A program made the position numbers and the translations under genes. Source: Octopus sinensis (taxonomy: Eukaryota). From it: a stretch of 64,000 nucleotides of DNA. Shown one piece after another: positions 62,790 through 64,000 of the stretch (position 1 is the first letter of the stretch; every line of letters begins with the position of its first letter). A model generated the notes under the pieces. The model was given only the letters and a program-made list of their open reading frames with translations, was not told the origin of the DNA and did not search any database. The stretch covers positions 38,502,001 to 38,566,000 of the forward strand of contig NC_043002.1 in assembly GCF_006345805.1 (NCBI RefSeq), read 5' to 3'.

Positions 62790-64000
62790 ATTCATGGATA
62801 CCGAATAATTGTCACGTATTACATTTACAAATAGATTCCTCCATTTACATAATATCGAGGTCTCTTTCATTCTTTTATTGTCTTACCATTTTTATCAATA
62901 TATAATATATATATATATATGCGTACGTGTATGTATAGTATACTTTCTCTACTGCGGCAGTTTCTATCAGCTAACACAATACTTAACTATCTACTCTAAA
63001 TGTATACCGTTTATCTTTTAGGTATGATGCTACATATAGGTTTTGTGTGTGCGTGTGTAAATAGATAGATAAATAGATAGATATAGATAGATAGATAAAT
63101 TGATAGATATAGATGGATAGATAGATAGATAGACAGACAGATAGATAGTGAGTAACGTTAGTAACACAGTAACACAATAGGCAGACATGTTCTCTGCACG
63201 TACTAACTAATCTGTATTTTTCCAATTAGGTTCATTTGCACTCTATACAGTCACGTTTCAAACTTTCTTTTTGATATCTCATCTGAATATCTTTATATTT
63301 TATTTTGACCATTATTACTTTTTCCTTTTTAATAATCCTTGGATGTATGTAGTTATAGTTTCCTTTTTACCGTTTCTGTTACGTATATTCATTTATCGAA
63401 TTTTTGCTATGTTTTATTTTATTTTTTTTCTTTTGGTCTGATATCTATGGAATGTTTCAGTTTCCAGCTGTTGTATTTAGGAAAGAACTTATCCGGCCCG
63501 GTTCGGCAGTAATTTGTTGGTTGCAATGAAGACGGTTGCTGTTAAAGCGAGATACGATCTGCGTAAGATCAAATGACCCCTATACGTTACGACCAATAAG
63601 TGTTCTCTCACGAAAGTATTTTAGATTGAATGTCTTGCGTGCGATAAACGAGTGAATGATATAAAACACGTTCGCAATCATCTCGTATGTTTCAAAACAT
63701 ACCTTTTCTGAAAAGAAAGAAAAAACAGAAAATAGTTATTATTATATCATAGCGTTATCTCACTGATATTTACCATTGCTGTAAGGCATCTTCCATGCAG
63801 TTTAGTTAAAGCATGTATATTTTATAATTAACCTTATTTAAACAGCAATGTTAAATTTCTTTCTAACTGCTAAATATAATTAACTCATGTTTTGTTCTTT
63901 TCATACCTTCTTTAATTTGGAAAGATTCCAGCAGAAAATTTGTTTGTTTCTTCCAGTCATTTCTATAACAGATTAACACTATAATGTCTTAGATATTAAT

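Overview
AT-rich, microsatellite-dense eukaryotic DNA made almost entirely of transposable elements and simple repeats. I found no convincing host exon, tRNA or rRNA gene, so the window is probably intergenic or deep intronic. The repeat landscape resembles an octopus/coleoid cephalopod genome (inference from pattern recognition, not checked). Recognisable content: Penelope-like elements (PLEs; RT and GIY-YIG remnants), a CR1-group LINE (APE+RT) fused tail-to-tail with a diverged relative, an RTE LINE fragment, R4/Dong-type remnants, a DD34D mariner derivative, several foldback MITEs, four tRNA-derived SINE families (my labels A-D) and about ten hammerhead-ribozyme-like motifs. The two most interesting items are: (1) a young, non-coding, retrozyme-like 362-bp element at 54422-55185, arranged head-to-head, whose hammerhead has a compensatory U3:A8 core (TTGAnAA) that recurs in other unrelated elements in the window; (2) a complete, TSD-flanked 2.4-kb ORF1-only (RT-less) half-LINE at 7281-9695 that splits a SINE. 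Coordinates were counted by hand and may be off by a few bases, more for degenerate elements.
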